This document shows, piece after piece, positions 36,576-45,773 of a DNA stretch of 60,889 nucleotides (its first letter is position 1; every line of letters starts with the position of its first letter). The notes under the pieces are model-generated. The model was not told where the DNA came from, did no database searches, and was given only the letters and a program-made list of their open reading frames with translations. Made by a program: the position numbers and the translations under genes. The stretch is from a virus (taxonomy: Duplodnaviria; Heunggongvirae; Uroviricota; Caudoviricetes), in the IMG/VR virus record IMGVR_UViG_3300028833_000055, positions 302,446 to 363,334 of that record; one strand, 5' to 3'.

Positions 36576-36863
36576 TTAATTGTTTATGAATCCACTCAAA
36601 TCTTTAATTTTATGACATTCACAATCGGGGTCATGGACAATGCCTCCCCACCCTTTATATCCATTCGTTCCCCAAAAAGCAATATATGTATGTCCTTCAT
36701 AATTGAACCTTTGGGTATTTTTAAACGGAAAATAAGAAGACTCTCCGAACTCCGCCTCGATAGGTTCCGATAGTACGGGTTTAATCTCCGTTTTCTTACA
36801 CTGTTCACACGAACAGCAAGTCATTGCCATTCCAACCAATATAACAATCAGTAATCTTTTCAT
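36576..36863 (-). CDS. putative lipoprotein
   Basis: Signal peptide + Cys; VHDPDC.C motif. Confidence 0.65.
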   Translation of the reverse strand: MKRLLIVILVGMAMTCCSCEQCKKTEIKPVLSEPIEAEFGESSYFPFKNTQRFNYEGHTYIAFWGTNGYKGWGGIVHDPDCECHKIKDLSGFINN

Positions 36864-36879
36864 ATACTTTCGATTTTTA

Positions 36880-37080
36880 TTATTTTCCAGTTCTTAAATT
36901 ATATTCCTCCCAGCTTATTACCATTCTATAGCCAACATCACTCTTAATGTTGGGTTTATGTTCCATTGCTTCGATAAGAACATCTACAGCTTCACAAGTC
37001 TCCATCATTCCGTAGCCCATTTCAGTCCTTATCATTTTTGCAATTTGATTTCTTGTATCTGAATTAAGTTTCTTGCCCAT
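36880..37080 (-). CDS. small hypothetical protein
   Basis: 66 aa. Confidence 0.55.
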   Translation of the reverse strand: MGKKLNSDTRNQIAKMIRTEMGYGMMETCEAVDVLIEAMEHKPNIKSDVGYRMVISWEEYNLRTGK

Positions 37081-37085
37081 ATCTT

Positions 37086-37391
37086 TTATATATAACGTTC
37101 CCCATTAAAATTTTCCCAAACATGTTTATTGTTATGTTCAAGTTCAAACGGTACAAGTTCCGTGCTGATGTCCATCTCATCAATAAAGGGTTCCCTGTAT
37201 TTGAATGTACCATCTGCATAATCATCCTTATATACATCATCCAAAAGGTAACGCTTATACTTATGAAGTTCTTCAAGATGTTTTTCTGCAAGCTCCTTGC
37301 TATTGTACCACACACTTGCCTTATAGAACCATCGTTCCCATTCACAAGTATCTGCATTGTTGTGACAGAATATTGCTCTATATAATTTCAT
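37086..37391 (-). CDS. hypothetical protein
   Basis: 101 aa. Confidence 0.6.
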   Translation of the reverse strand: MKLYRAIFCHNNADTCEWERWFYKASVWYNSKELAEKHLEELHKYKRYLLDDVYKDDYADGTFKYREPFIDEMDISTELVPFELEHNNKHVWENFNGERYI

Positions 37392-37432
37392 AATCTTTTA
37401 ATTTTTATTGTTATTATTCTTGTTCTTCCATA

Positions 37433-37690
37433 TTAAAGCCTTATTGTATGCTGACATTTGATTTTTTCAAACTCCTCATCGGACACTTCTTTAATAAAAA
37501 CCTTTCCTATGGTACCTCCTCTGTCAATGATATTGTATAACTCCTTTTTAAACATTGCTTCGGATGTATATTCATTTACAAAACTAAAACATCCTACCTT
37601 CCACGGTGCTTCAATACAACCTATTAATCCACCATCTCTGGTATTTTCTCGTTCACGAATCCATTCCTCTATACAGTAAATCAGTTTCAT
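37433..37690 (-). CDS. hypothetical protein
   Basis: 85 aa. Confidence 0.6.
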   Translation of the reverse strand: MKLIYCIEEWIRERENTRDGGLIGCIEAPWKVGCFSFVNEYTSEAMFKKELYNIIDRGGTIGKVFIKEVSDEEFEKIKCQHTIRL

Positions 37691-38049
37691 ACCACATCTA
37701 TTGATATTATATCCAATTTCTTAAACTGCTTTTCTCCGTTCTCATCGGTTTCATATTCACATATCAGTCTTGGAGCAAATTTTAACTCAGCGCCGGACTC
37801 CACACAAGACTGCAAGAATTTTCCATCTCCGGTGTCAAGAAGTTCGACATCAAACATAAGGTTTCCATCATCAAACTCTATATCTTCAATTCGATGAGAT
37901 ATGTGACCGATTTGAACATAAGGTTCTGCATTGTGTTCAAAATTCAGTGTACCAAGCATATTAGACTTTTTATATTCTCTAATCGCTTCCTCCATCACAG
38001 ATTCCGGACACTTTGTTTTAAGTTCATATTTTACATTTTCAAGTTTCAT
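37687..38049 (-). CDS. T4 gp21-like prohead protease paralog, probably inactive
   Basis: LGTL..ISHRI..VELLDT..GK.L...VESG; catalytic motifs appear altered. Confidence 0.5.
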   Translation of the reverse strand: MKLENVKYELKTKCPESVMEEAIREYKKSNMLGTLNFEHNAEPYVQIGHISHRIEDIEFDDGNLMFDVELLDTGDGKFLQSCVESGAELKFAPRLICEYETDENGEKQFKKLDIISIDVV

Positions 38050-38050
38050 A

Positions 38051-38320
38051 TTATTTGTTTTTAATTGATAAGATATCCTCGATGGAACGGGAATAACGCA
38101 AACCCGGATGTTCCATAACAAGCTCGTGCATATCGTCATACGAGTAGCCGTCTGGTGTTATCCTCACACTACGCCATCCCAACGGCTCGTTATCGTATCC
38201 AAACGCAATCAGCACGGTATGTTCGTCATCAAGTTTTGCACTTGATTTTATTTCGCTAATAATTTCATCAAGTTTTGCACTCGGTTTTATTTCACCGAAA
38301 ATCTCGTCAAGTTCTTTCAT
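38051..38320 (-). CDS. hypothetical protein with tandem LDEIxxEIKxSAK repeat
   Basis: 89 aa. Confidence 0.6.
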   Translation of the reverse strand: MKELDEIFGEIKPSAKLDEIISEIKSSAKLDDEHTVLIAFGYDNEPLGWRSVRITPDGYSYDDMHELVMEHPGLRYSRSIEDILSIKNK

Positions 38321-38326
38321 CCATCC

Positions 38327-39361
38327 CTATTTAAAAAGTTCCCTGCATTTCTCCGTATACTCCTCGTCTATGGATACGATGTTGTATTTGTCGGAGTCGT
38401 ATATCTCGTCCCTGAGTATGACCGGTGAATGGGAGATTATAATTATCTGTTTCTTATACTTGTCTATAAGTTCCGGAAGTATTTTCGAATAAAGTTCAAA
38501 TACATTCAGAATATCCATAGACTTGTCTACCTCATCGAACAGATATGTGTTTATCCCCTTGTCGTCAAACGCCATCGGGAACGAACTGTAATATTCCATC
38601 TGTGTCTCATATGCAACCCTCCACGCATCGGTCTTATTGAATTTTTCATACCTTTTGTGTGGCTTGAGAATATCACCGAAGGTTATGTTCTTGGACATCA
38701 AGTTACAGAGTTTGTTGAACTGATAGAACATATTCTGTCCACCCGACATCTTCCCCTTGCTCATAACATAGTTTATCTCCTCGAATGTGCTTTTGATTAT
38801 GGAACCGGTCAAGTCTCCGAGACTTCCGAAGTTCTGTCTGTTTTCGAAATTGTGGTAGTATATCGGACTTCCGTCCCAGTCTATGACCGATGATGTTCTC
38901 GCCATCCCGACAATTCTCTGATACAGACCTTTCATATAGTCCTTCTTGGTCGGTGTGCTAAATATCCCCGTTGTTTGAAGTTCAAACGGTCCCAGGAATT
39001 TTGAGAATCCGTCCTCACAGAAGGCGTGAGACGCTATGGAGCGTATAATCGTGGTCTTTCCCGAGGCATTCGGTCCGAATATGAGATTTACCTTGTCCGG
39101 TGAGAACTCAAACGTCCTTCCCACAAGAAGTTTAGAACATTCAACCTTGTATTCCCCCTTGACTTTCTTGAAGAATTCCAATTCGGACTCGTATCTTTCC
39201 ATATCCCTTTTGTATTTCTCCTCATCAAAGACACGATAATGGGTTTCACCCCTTTTCTGGTAGTTAAGAGCGTTCTTATTAGGTTTGGACGGTTTGTCCT
39301 CGTTGGAGTATTTTGCACCGATATAACCGGATTTACCATCGAATGTTATGCTTCTTATCAT
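38327..39361 (-). CDS. soluble ABC-superfamily ATPase
   Basis: Walker A GPNASGKT, signature MSGGQ, Walker B YLFDE, H-loop ISHS. Confidence 0.85.
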   Translation of the reverse strand: MIRSITFDGKSGYIGAKYSNEDKPSKPNKNALNYQKRGETHYRVFDEEKYKRDMERYESELEFFKKVKGEYKVECSKLLVGRTFEFSPDKVNLIFGPNASGKTTIIRSIASHAFCEDGFSKFLGPFELQTTGIFSTPTKKDYMKGLYQRIVGMARTSSVIDWDGSPIYYHNFENRQNFGSLGDLTGSIIKSTFEEINYVMSKGKMSGGQNMFYQFNKLCNLMSKNITFGDILKPHKRYEKFNKTDAWRVAYETQMEYYSSFPMAFDDKGINTYLFDEVDKSMDILNVFELYSKILPELIDKYKKQIIIISHSPVILRDEIYDSDKYNIVSIDEEYTEKCRELFK

Positions 39362-39627
39362 TATTTTCTCCTTTTGTTCTTTCTTTTTCTTCTCGCTTTC
39401 GCCGCCTTCTGTTCGGACATAGGTCTTGGTGCGTTGGGACTGCTGTAACGGGATGTTCTCGCTATCGTAAGTGAACCGATTGAAATATCGGCATTTTTCG
39501 TTACGTCATCGTAATCTTCACAGTTTTCTGCATCCATCTCCTCGTGTTCCACCTTGCACCACCACTGTCCGAGATTTATACTGTGTCCGTAGTGTGAACA
39601 CTTTGAACATTTCTTTTCTTCATCCAT
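39361..39627 (-). CDS. small Cys-rich protein with basic tail
   Basis: 88 aa. Confidence 0.6.
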   Translation of the reverse strand: MDEEKKCSKCSHYGHSINLGQWWCKVEHEEMDAENCEDYDDVTKNADISIGSLTIARTSRYSSPNAPRPMSEQKAAKARRKRKNKRRK

Positions 39628-39636
39628 ATCCTTATG

Positions 39637-40461
39637 TTAAAATGATGACAATAAAAGGTCCTCTCCTGAAATCAACGAGGTAAGAGCCTCCCTTTCTATC
39701 TCGTCCGTCAATACCGGCATAGGAAACGCCTTCCATGTCTTTCTTGTAGTTGTAGTCACACCGTTCCTTACATACTTTTCGGGTATCGGAAACTCTTCCT
39801 CCACCTTCTTGATAAGTCTTCCGTACTTCCAGTCTTCCCTGAACGAGTTCCAGTCCACATTGTGTTCGCTTTTGAGAAGTTCTATCTGCTCGTCGCTGTT
39901 TTTCCCCGAAAGTTTCTTCTGTGAGAACCAAGTCTGTGCGGCCTGCTGTTTCGAATTACGGATACAGTCTATCTGCCTGTATAGAAACCAGGCGAAAACT
40001 TCGTTCTCATTAGGTACATTCCACACCTTGCAGTCGAACTGTGCCGGTTTGTGTTCCTTGATGGTCGGGATGACCTGACTTGCAGTTGAACCTATGAGTT
40101 TGTTCATAATATAGAGCTGGTTGAACTTTCCCGTTGCCAGCGAAGCCGCTATCGAAAGCAACTTGTTACTTCTCAAATTGAAGAATGAATCCGAGATGTA
40201 TTCGTCCTTTATGTAGAGCGAAATTTCATCCGACTGAACATAGGCGAACTGGACTCCCGATATATTTTCACACAAGTACTTGGCGGTTTCGTTCATCATA
40301 TCGACAAACTTGTCGTCAAACGGTTTCTTGAACTTGTTCTTGATGAGTTTCGAAAATGAACGACCATCGAGCATCATCAATATGTGTCCGTTTGGTAACA
40401 AATTGTGTTCACCCAAATCCCTGTAAAAATTGCATTTTTCTTTAAGTGTTCCAAAAATCAT
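39637..40461 (-). CDS. Thg1-like tRNA(His) guanylyltransferase / 3'-5' RNA polymerase
   Basis: LDGRSFS, KPFD, YVQSDEISL, FDCKV, RQIDC.RNS. Confidence 0.9.
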   Translation of the reverse strand: MIFGTLKEKCNFYRDLGEHNLLPNGHILMMLDGRSFSKLIKNKFKKPFDDKFVDMMNETAKYLCENISGVQFAYVQSDEISLYIKDEYISDSFFNLRSNKLLSIAASLATGKFNQLYIMNKLIGSTASQVIPTIKEHKPAQFDCKVWNVPNENEVFAWFLYRQIDCIRNSKQQAAQTWFSQKKLSGKNSDEQIELLKSEHNVDWNSFREDWKYGRLIKKVEEEFPIPEKYVRNGVTTTTRKTWKAFPMPVLTDEIEREALTSLISGEDLLLSSF

Positions 40462-40488
40462 ATCCTAATATTTTTTTATCCACACATA

Positions 40489-40638
40489 TTATTCTTCTAC
40501 CTCTTCGATTTCTACCATATCGTAGTAGTCACTCCTTTTTGATATCTTCTGTTCTGCATCCTCGTAGTTGAACGCTTCAATGGACACACATACCTCTCTG
40601 TTATGTGTGTCCAAATAAGTAACTTTGAATTTTTGCAT
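40489..40638 (-). CDS. small hypothetical protein
   Basis: Start MQKFKV. Confidence 0.5.
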   Translation of the reverse strand: MQKFKVTYLDTHNREVCVSIEAFNYEDAEQKISKRSDYYDMVEIEEVEE

Positions 40639-40639
40639 A

Positions 40640-40843
40640 TTATTCAAGTGTTGCAAGTTTTTTCTGTTCAAGTTCATCCACCGCTTTAAGTAAACTCTGT
40701 GCCTTTTCCTTTCTTCTCTGACACATCTCCCTAATTTCTTTACAAACGTTTTCTTCACTCATAAGTTCGTCCATCATTGAAATTTCCTTTTCAAAGTTTC
40801 CTTTCAGTCCCTTGAATGCGTCTTTAATTTCTTCTTTTGTCAT
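40640..40843 (-). CDS. small coiled-coil protein
   Basis: 67 aa. Confidence 0.55.
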   Translation of the reverse strand: MTKEEIKDAFKGLKGNFEKEISMMDELMSEENVCKEIREMCQRRKEKAQSLLKAVDELEQKKLATLE

Positions 40844-40897
40844 ATGCGTATTTTTTAAATGTTAAATGTCAGTTATATCCATTCCTTTGTAGTCCCG

Positions 40898-41332
40898 CTA
40901 GTCATAGTGATGACCACAAGCAATCCTGAATCTCTCCCACTTGGTTCTGAACCAGTAAAGTCTGAACACATAGATTTTCAATATGGTCTTCAGACTGTTT
41001 GTATACCAGATTCTCCAACGCTTTCCGGATTTAGTCCACTGCCAATATGTTTCGTCGGAGTTTTCCCATCTTTCACCAACCTTTTCGTATTCTTCAAGAT
41101 AACCGTTACTGAAAAGATAGTCGAGCTGCTCTTTCGTGTAACTCTTGATGTAGTTCTCCTTCGGGGCACGGAAATCAACACTCAATGCAAAACCCGTTAC
41201 AACACTGGACTTTTCGAATTTTGTAAGGAAAGCGTCCTTGCGTTTCATCTTTGGTTTCCTCCCCATACTCACCTTGTTGTTGTTTCCGATAATAATGGGG
41301 GAATTGTTTCCGTAAGTTACATTATAATTCAT
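40898..41332 (-). CDS. hypothetical protein
   Basis: 144 aa. Confidence 0.6.
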   Translation of the reverse strand: MNYNVTYGNNSPIIIGNNNKVSMGRKPKMKRKDAFLTKFEKSSVVTGFALSVDFRAPKENYIKSYTKEQLDYLFSNGYLEEYEKVGERWENSDETYWQWTKSGKRWRIWYTNSLKTILKIYVFRLYWFRTKWERFRIACGHHYD

Positions 41333-41333
41333 A

Positions 41334-41720
41334 TTAAATAGTTTTTAAGTTCTTAACCGCTTCCTCTATATCCGATACGAGTTCATCGACGGTATATTCT
41401 ATCCCATCGTAGACTGTGCCGTACTTGTCATCGCAGTGGGCGTAATCCCATCCAATCCAATATCCTTTCTTGAAAATGTTATCATTTTCGATATTCTCCG
41501 AGAATGTAAGTCCACCGTGGCACATTAACGGGATGTCATCGTAGTTCTTTCCGTAAAACTTGTTCGATTCATCGAGACGGATGTAGCAGCACGGGTGTGT
41601 CCCCAGTGATAAAACCAGTATGTCATAACCTTCGTATTGTCCCTCTGCAAGGATTTCACGCTTACGGATGCCATCATATACCATCTGTCCCTTTATAATT
41701 ATTCCATTATTCTCTGTCAT
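41334..41720 (-). CDS. conserved hypothetical phage protein
   Basis: HPCCYI, HGGLTFS, WIGWDYAH..D. Confidence 0.7.
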   Translation of the reverse strand: MTENNGIIIKGQMVYDGIRKREILAEGQYEGYDILVLSLGTHPCCYIRLDESNKFYGKNYDDIPLMCHGGLTFSENIENDNIFKKGYWIGWDYAHCDDKYGTVYDGIEYTVDELVSDIEEAVKNLKTI

Positions 41721-41736
41721 ATCTCTTGTATTAAGT

Positions 41737-42195
41737 TTATACTTTATATGTATTTTCGGACATATTCGTCCAGTGGAGATAGAGAGCCACTTCACGCTTC
41801 CAGCTCACATTGTCCTCCTTGAGTTTTATCTCGTAGTTGGAGACCTTCTGTCCGAGTACGTTCGTGTTCAACATATCGGTTATCTTGTTTATAGTCTCAC
41901 CGTTTCTTCCGATGAACAGAGACGGGTTTTCGAGGTATATGAATATCGTATTGTTTACCGCCACAATCTCCGTTATACCCACCCTTGCAAGAGCATCCGT
42001 CCTATCCTTGTAGAACTTTGCAATCGTGTAGCAGGCATGCTGGAAGAGACTTCTGTCCTGTATGTTCTTGGCAATCCACCACCAGAGTGTGAATGTCATA
42101 TCCTTCTTATTGTCTCTCAAAGAAAGATACTCTCTCATATTTGACTTGAGGAGTTTCCTTTCTATGAATTTTTCGAGCCACTTCTTGAATATCAT
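41737..42195 (-). CDS. KH-domain protein (ribosomal uS3-type KH-II)
   Basis: IFIYLENPSLFIGRNGETINKI with GxxG loop; promoter core 42211-42218. Confidence 0.6.
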   Translation of the reverse strand: MIFKKWLEKFIERKLLKSNMREYLSLRDNKKDMTFTLWWWIAKNIQDRSLFQHACYTIAKFYKDRTDALARVGITEIVAVNNTIFIYLENPSLFIGRNGETINKITDMLNTNVLGQKVSNYEIKLKEDNVSWKREVALYLHWTNMSENTYKV

Positions 42196-42218
42196 AATAC
42201 TAATTTTTTACAAAGATA

Positions 42219-42491
42219 CTATTTTCCCAATTCTCTTTTCACCATATCCCAAGTGAAGTAAAATTCGTATGTACTGCAAACATTGTAGAGCCAGCACTGC
42301 TTGTGTCTGGACCAGATTTTGAATACCAACAGGTCGGTGTATCCGTTTTCCTTGAACTCCTTGTCCGTACAGTAGTCGACTATGGTGTGTTTCTCTCTGT
42401 CACACCACATAAACTTCGTCCCAGCGGGAAAATCTTTCTTGAAACTCTCCAAATCGGGATACTTTTCCAAAAAATCTTCAATCGTTATCAT
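42219..42491 (-). CDS. hypothetical protein
   Basis: Start MITIEDF. Confidence 0.6.
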   Translation of the reverse strand: MITIEDFLEKYPDLESFKKDFPAGTKFMWCDREKHTIVDYCTDKEFKENGYTDLLVFKIWSRHKQCWLYNVCSTYEFYFTWDMVKRELGK

Positions 42492-42913
42492 AAAACTCCT
42501 ATTGAGATTAATAAATTTGCAAGTCTGGGAAACGGTTTCTCCGAATTCCACGAGAGGACATAACCGTCCATCTCCGGAAGTGTCCTTCCACTTATCTTGG
42601 ACACGAAAGTTGACTTGCACACGAGTTTTGACACATCTATGTCGTAGTCAAGTCTCACGTAGAAAAGATACAAATCCTTACCCTTACGGTAGAAAAACCT
42701 ACCGAGTTCCTTGATTTCACTCTTGAAGTCATTGACATCGAGACCAGTCTCCTCTTTCAGTTCCCTTGCACATGCCTCGAAGTAGTCTTCACCCGGTTCG
42801 ACGTGTCCTTTCGGTATGTCATAGTTGCCGTCCTTGTCTGATTTCTCCGTAGGATGACACATCAGTATTCCCGAAGGGCAGCTTATTATTATTCCGGCAC
42901 TAATTTCTTTCAT
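42488..42913 (-). CDS. NUDIX hydrolase
   Basis: Nudix box GHVEPGE....ACARELKEETG. Confidence 0.92.
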   Translation of the reverse strand: MKEISAGIIISCPSGILMCHPTEKSDKDGNYDIPKGHVEPGEDYFEACARELKEETGLDVNDFKSEIKELGRFFYRKGKDLYLFYVRLDYDIDVSKLVCKSTFVSKISGRTLPEMDGYVLSWNSEKPFPRLANLLISIGVL

Positions 42914-42916
42914 ACT

Positions 42917-43108
42917 TTAACTCCTCGCTATTATGGCGTCAAACAATTCGTTTATTCCATTGTCTGTACTTAATATACGCACATCTGTGATTAAAACGGT
43001 GTTGTCGTTCTCAAACTCCCTGTACAACTGACAAGCCTCTTCCACACTTTTTGCCACCACCAGTCTGTTATTCACGCTATAAACGTGTGTTAATTTCCAG
43101 TTATCCAT
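42917..43108 (-). CDS. small hypothetical protein
   Basis: 63 aa. Confidence 0.55.
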   Translation of the reverse strand: MDNWKLTHVYSVNNRLVVAKSVEEACQLYREFENDNTVLITDVRILSTDNGINELFDAIIARS

Positions 43109-43303
43109 AGTTCTATTCTTTAATTAAATTCTTTTCTTTAAGTTTCTCATACATTTTCTTAGCGCCTTTATAAATACTTGGACTAGCACAGCTGTATTCA
43201 TAAGATGCACAACTATCGGGGTCTTCTGGCTTGCAGTCTTCACACATTCCTGCAATATCTCTTGCCATTTTGTCTATCATTTTCTCATCCATATTCTTTT
43301 AAA

Positions 43304-44014
43304 TTAAATTCTTGAAAGTCGGTCAAGTCTCCGGAGCATATCGTCGAGAAACAAACTTTTTCCGAAATATATCTCCCCTATGGAAAGGTCTTCGAGGTTC
43401 GCCCAGAAACCTTCCTTACCGCCTTTGGTTTCATCTATGCCACGCTCTCCTTTCACTTCACCTCTGAAATCCACAAAGGTGAACCTTCCTTTGGCGGGAC
43501 ACCATATAAGCGCCACCGCTCCGAACTTCTTGTACTCCTTGTCTTCGTTACCACGGAAGAAAAACTTCTTGTGTTTTATGAATTTGCCGTTCCAGTCTAT
43601 CTTCAGGTCGAACCTTATTTTCGAATTATTGTCAAGATTGGTGAAGATGAAGTCGGGTAAGTCGGAAACCTCCGTCTCTATGTCCCTTTTCTCCTTTTCG
43701 TTCAGAGTTATCTCGACATCGGGATATGTTCTGTTTATATTCTGGACCAGCAGGTCTTCCATTATGAAGTTGGAACAAATGTCCCTCGCAGTGTCAAATG
43801 GAGAACGAACATCCCTTCTTTTCTTGTCGAATGACTTCACTATCCTCTTGTACTCCTTCTCGAATTTTTTCGAAAATTCCTCCTCGTCAAATGTAAGAAG
43901 TCCTCTTATGTAATCCTTGTATCCAAACTCATAGCAGAAATCCTCGATAGTTCTGTCGGGGAAGACCGAATTGAGATAGGATACCACCTTGCTGTAGTTG
44001 TTGTTCCTCGCCAT
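43304..44014 (-). CDS. putative PD-(D/E)XK nuclease-fold protein
   Basis: E...LPDF...FDLK. Confidence 0.5.
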   Translation of the reverse strand: MARNNNYSKVVSYLNSVFPDRTIEDFCYEFGYKDYIRGLLTFDEEEFSKKFEKEYKRIVKSFDKKRRDVRSPFDTARDICSNFIMEDLLVQNINRTYPDVEITLNEKEKRDIETEVSDLPDFIFTNLDNNSKIRFDLKIDWNGKFIKHKKFFFRGNEDKEYKKFGAVALIWCPAKGRFTFVDFRGEVKGERGIDETKGGKEGFWANLEDLSIGEIYFGKSLFLDDMLRRLDRLSRI

Positions 44015-44015
44015 A

Positions 44016-44546
44016 TCAATATAGAAATTCCGTAAGTGGGGCGAACTGTATTTCCTTTACGGTTCTTCCGTCGAATATCATAGAGTTCAAGGCGCTTGTT
44101 CCGTTGAACACTATATAACCGGACCTGTATGTTTCGACCTGCACTATCAGATTTTTTCCGGAACGATGGTTATACGGCTTTTGCAACTGGATGTTCATAT
44201 AACCGTTTTTTATTTCGGTTTGTCCCACAAACACTTCTGTATCAACCACTTCAAGTTTTTTAAGTTTTTTCTTACCGGTATCTTTCATACAGATTCTCAC
44301 TATGGGGAATGTGTTGTTTGAATACGATACCACCTTGTACCTGATTGTGGTTATGTTCTTGTCGTCAAGAAAACCTATGTTACGGTAAATAACCTGTGTG
44401 GTGTATGTCCAGTCGTCCTCACCGACAAGTTTGTATTCGGAAACCGGTGAGACATCACAAGTCGCCGACCCGATATTCACCGGTATCGTCTGTGACATTA
44501 CCGTCAACGAAAGGAAGACCGACATTATCAACAGAACGTTTCTCAT
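44016..44546 (-). CDS. secreted protein
   Basis: Bacteroidota-style signal peptide ending ..MS-Q. Confidence 0.65.
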   Translation of the reverse strand: MRNVLLIMSVFLSLTVMSQTIPVNIGSATCDVSPVSEYKLVGEDDWTYTTQVIYRNIGFLDDKNITTIRYKVVSYSNNTFPIVRICMKDTGKKKLKKLEVVDTEVFVGQTEIKNGYMNIQLQKPYNHRSGKNLIVQVETYRSGYIVFNGTSALNSMIFDGRTVKEIQFAPLTEFLY

Positions 44547-44827
44547 TATTTTTCCTCCGAAACAAAGATTCCACCCTGAATCCAAATTCTTTTTCCATCA
44601 AGGTCGAAGAAAATCTGGTTGTCGTTGTTTTCGTCACGGATATCGAACTTTCCTTCCCAAGTCTTGATTGTGTCACCTTCGTAGTCCATAAGGACAGCGG
44701 TTCTTTCAAGACCTCCGAACTCGGAATCCCACGATTTCAATCCCCTACTGCAAGACTCACACGATGTGGTTGAGAACACAAGCACTGTCAAAAGTGCAAA
44801 AACCAATGCAAAAAATACTTTTTTCAT
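44546..44827 (-). CDS. putative lipoprotein (DUF5052-like)
   Basis: TTSC lipobox; GGLERT..DYEG..IKTWEGKFDI. Confidence 0.7.
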   Translation of the reverse strand: MKKVFFALVFALLTVLVFSTTSCESCSRGLKSWDSEFGGLERTAVLMDYEGDTIKTWEGKFDIRDENNDNQIFFDLDGKRIWIQGGIFVSEEK

Positions 44828-44831
44828 CTCT

Positions 44832-45266
44832 TTATTCCTTTATGTTATTATTCTTAATGTTTGTAGTCACTGAAATGTTTTCGATAGGGAATTTAGGAAG
44901 TTCCCCTACTTCTTTGTAATAGAATGATTCAAGATACCAGTTATCGTGATACTTCTTTGACATGTCTATGAGTTCGTTCATATCCTCTATGTCGTTCTTG
45001 TATTCCAACACAACACCTATCGGCAGTTCATATTCCTTCTGAAGTATCTGATATTCCAGATTTGCCTTTTCGTACTTGGACATATCGTCTTCCAGTTCCG
45101 AGTGTTTCAACCAGGGTAATAGACTGGATAAACCATACGTCACCAACACAATGGATATGATAATTACAAAGAAAAACCAATTGTCATCCTTTATTCTATC
45201 TATAAACTTGAAAATCAATGCAAATCCCAATAACATCGATACGATTGAAATTACTACATAAACCAT
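44832..45266 (-). CDS. membrane protein
   Basis: Two N-terminal TM; promoter core 45283-45290. Confidence 0.7.
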   Translation of the reverse strand: MVYVVISIVSMLLGFALIFKFIDRIKDDNWFFFVIIISIVLVTYGLSSLLPWLKHSELEDDMSKYEKANLEYQILQKEYELPIGVVLEYKNDIEDMNELIDMSKKYHDNWYLESFYYKEVGELPKFPIENISVTTNIKNNNIKE

Positions 45267-45294
45267 ATTCTTCTATTTTTTACAAAGATACTAT

Positions 45295-45594
45295 TTATAA
45301 ACGAATTACTTCACTATATTCTTTGGGAAATTCAATCTGGCAATATCCTAATATGAAGGCGTTCTTTCTTTCGTTGAAGAAATCGTGTCCCAATATGATA
45401 ATATCGTTTGGACATATCTCGAGGGTTTCAATCGAGTCTTCATACACCGTTTTATCCCTCCACTTCTTGTGGTCATATTCTTCGTGACCTTCCCTGTAGA
45501 TGATAAAGAACATATTTCCTTTCTTCTTTAAGAAATTCATAGTGTCCCTGTTCGCCGGCATCGGATTCTCAAACTTTTCAAATTCCACTTTCAT
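45295..45594 (-). CDS. hypothetical protein
   Basis: Start MKVEF. Confidence 0.55.
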   Translation of the reverse strand: MKVEFEKFENPMPANRDTMNFLKKKGNMFFIIYREGHEEYDHKKWRDKTVYEDSIETLEICPNDIIILGHDFFNERKNAFILGYCQIEFPKEYSEVIRL

Positions 45595-45773
45595 TTTGTT
45601 TTCTCTTTTCTTAAATAATACGACCAGAACATATTGTTTGCAAGTACCACGGAGACAAGTTCCCATCCTTTCTGTGAAAGGAGATTGAGTTGACTTGATG
45701 TCATCTCCGTCTGTGAGCGTACTATTTTATATTCGTATTTCATATTCTAATTTTTTACAAAGATACTATATTT

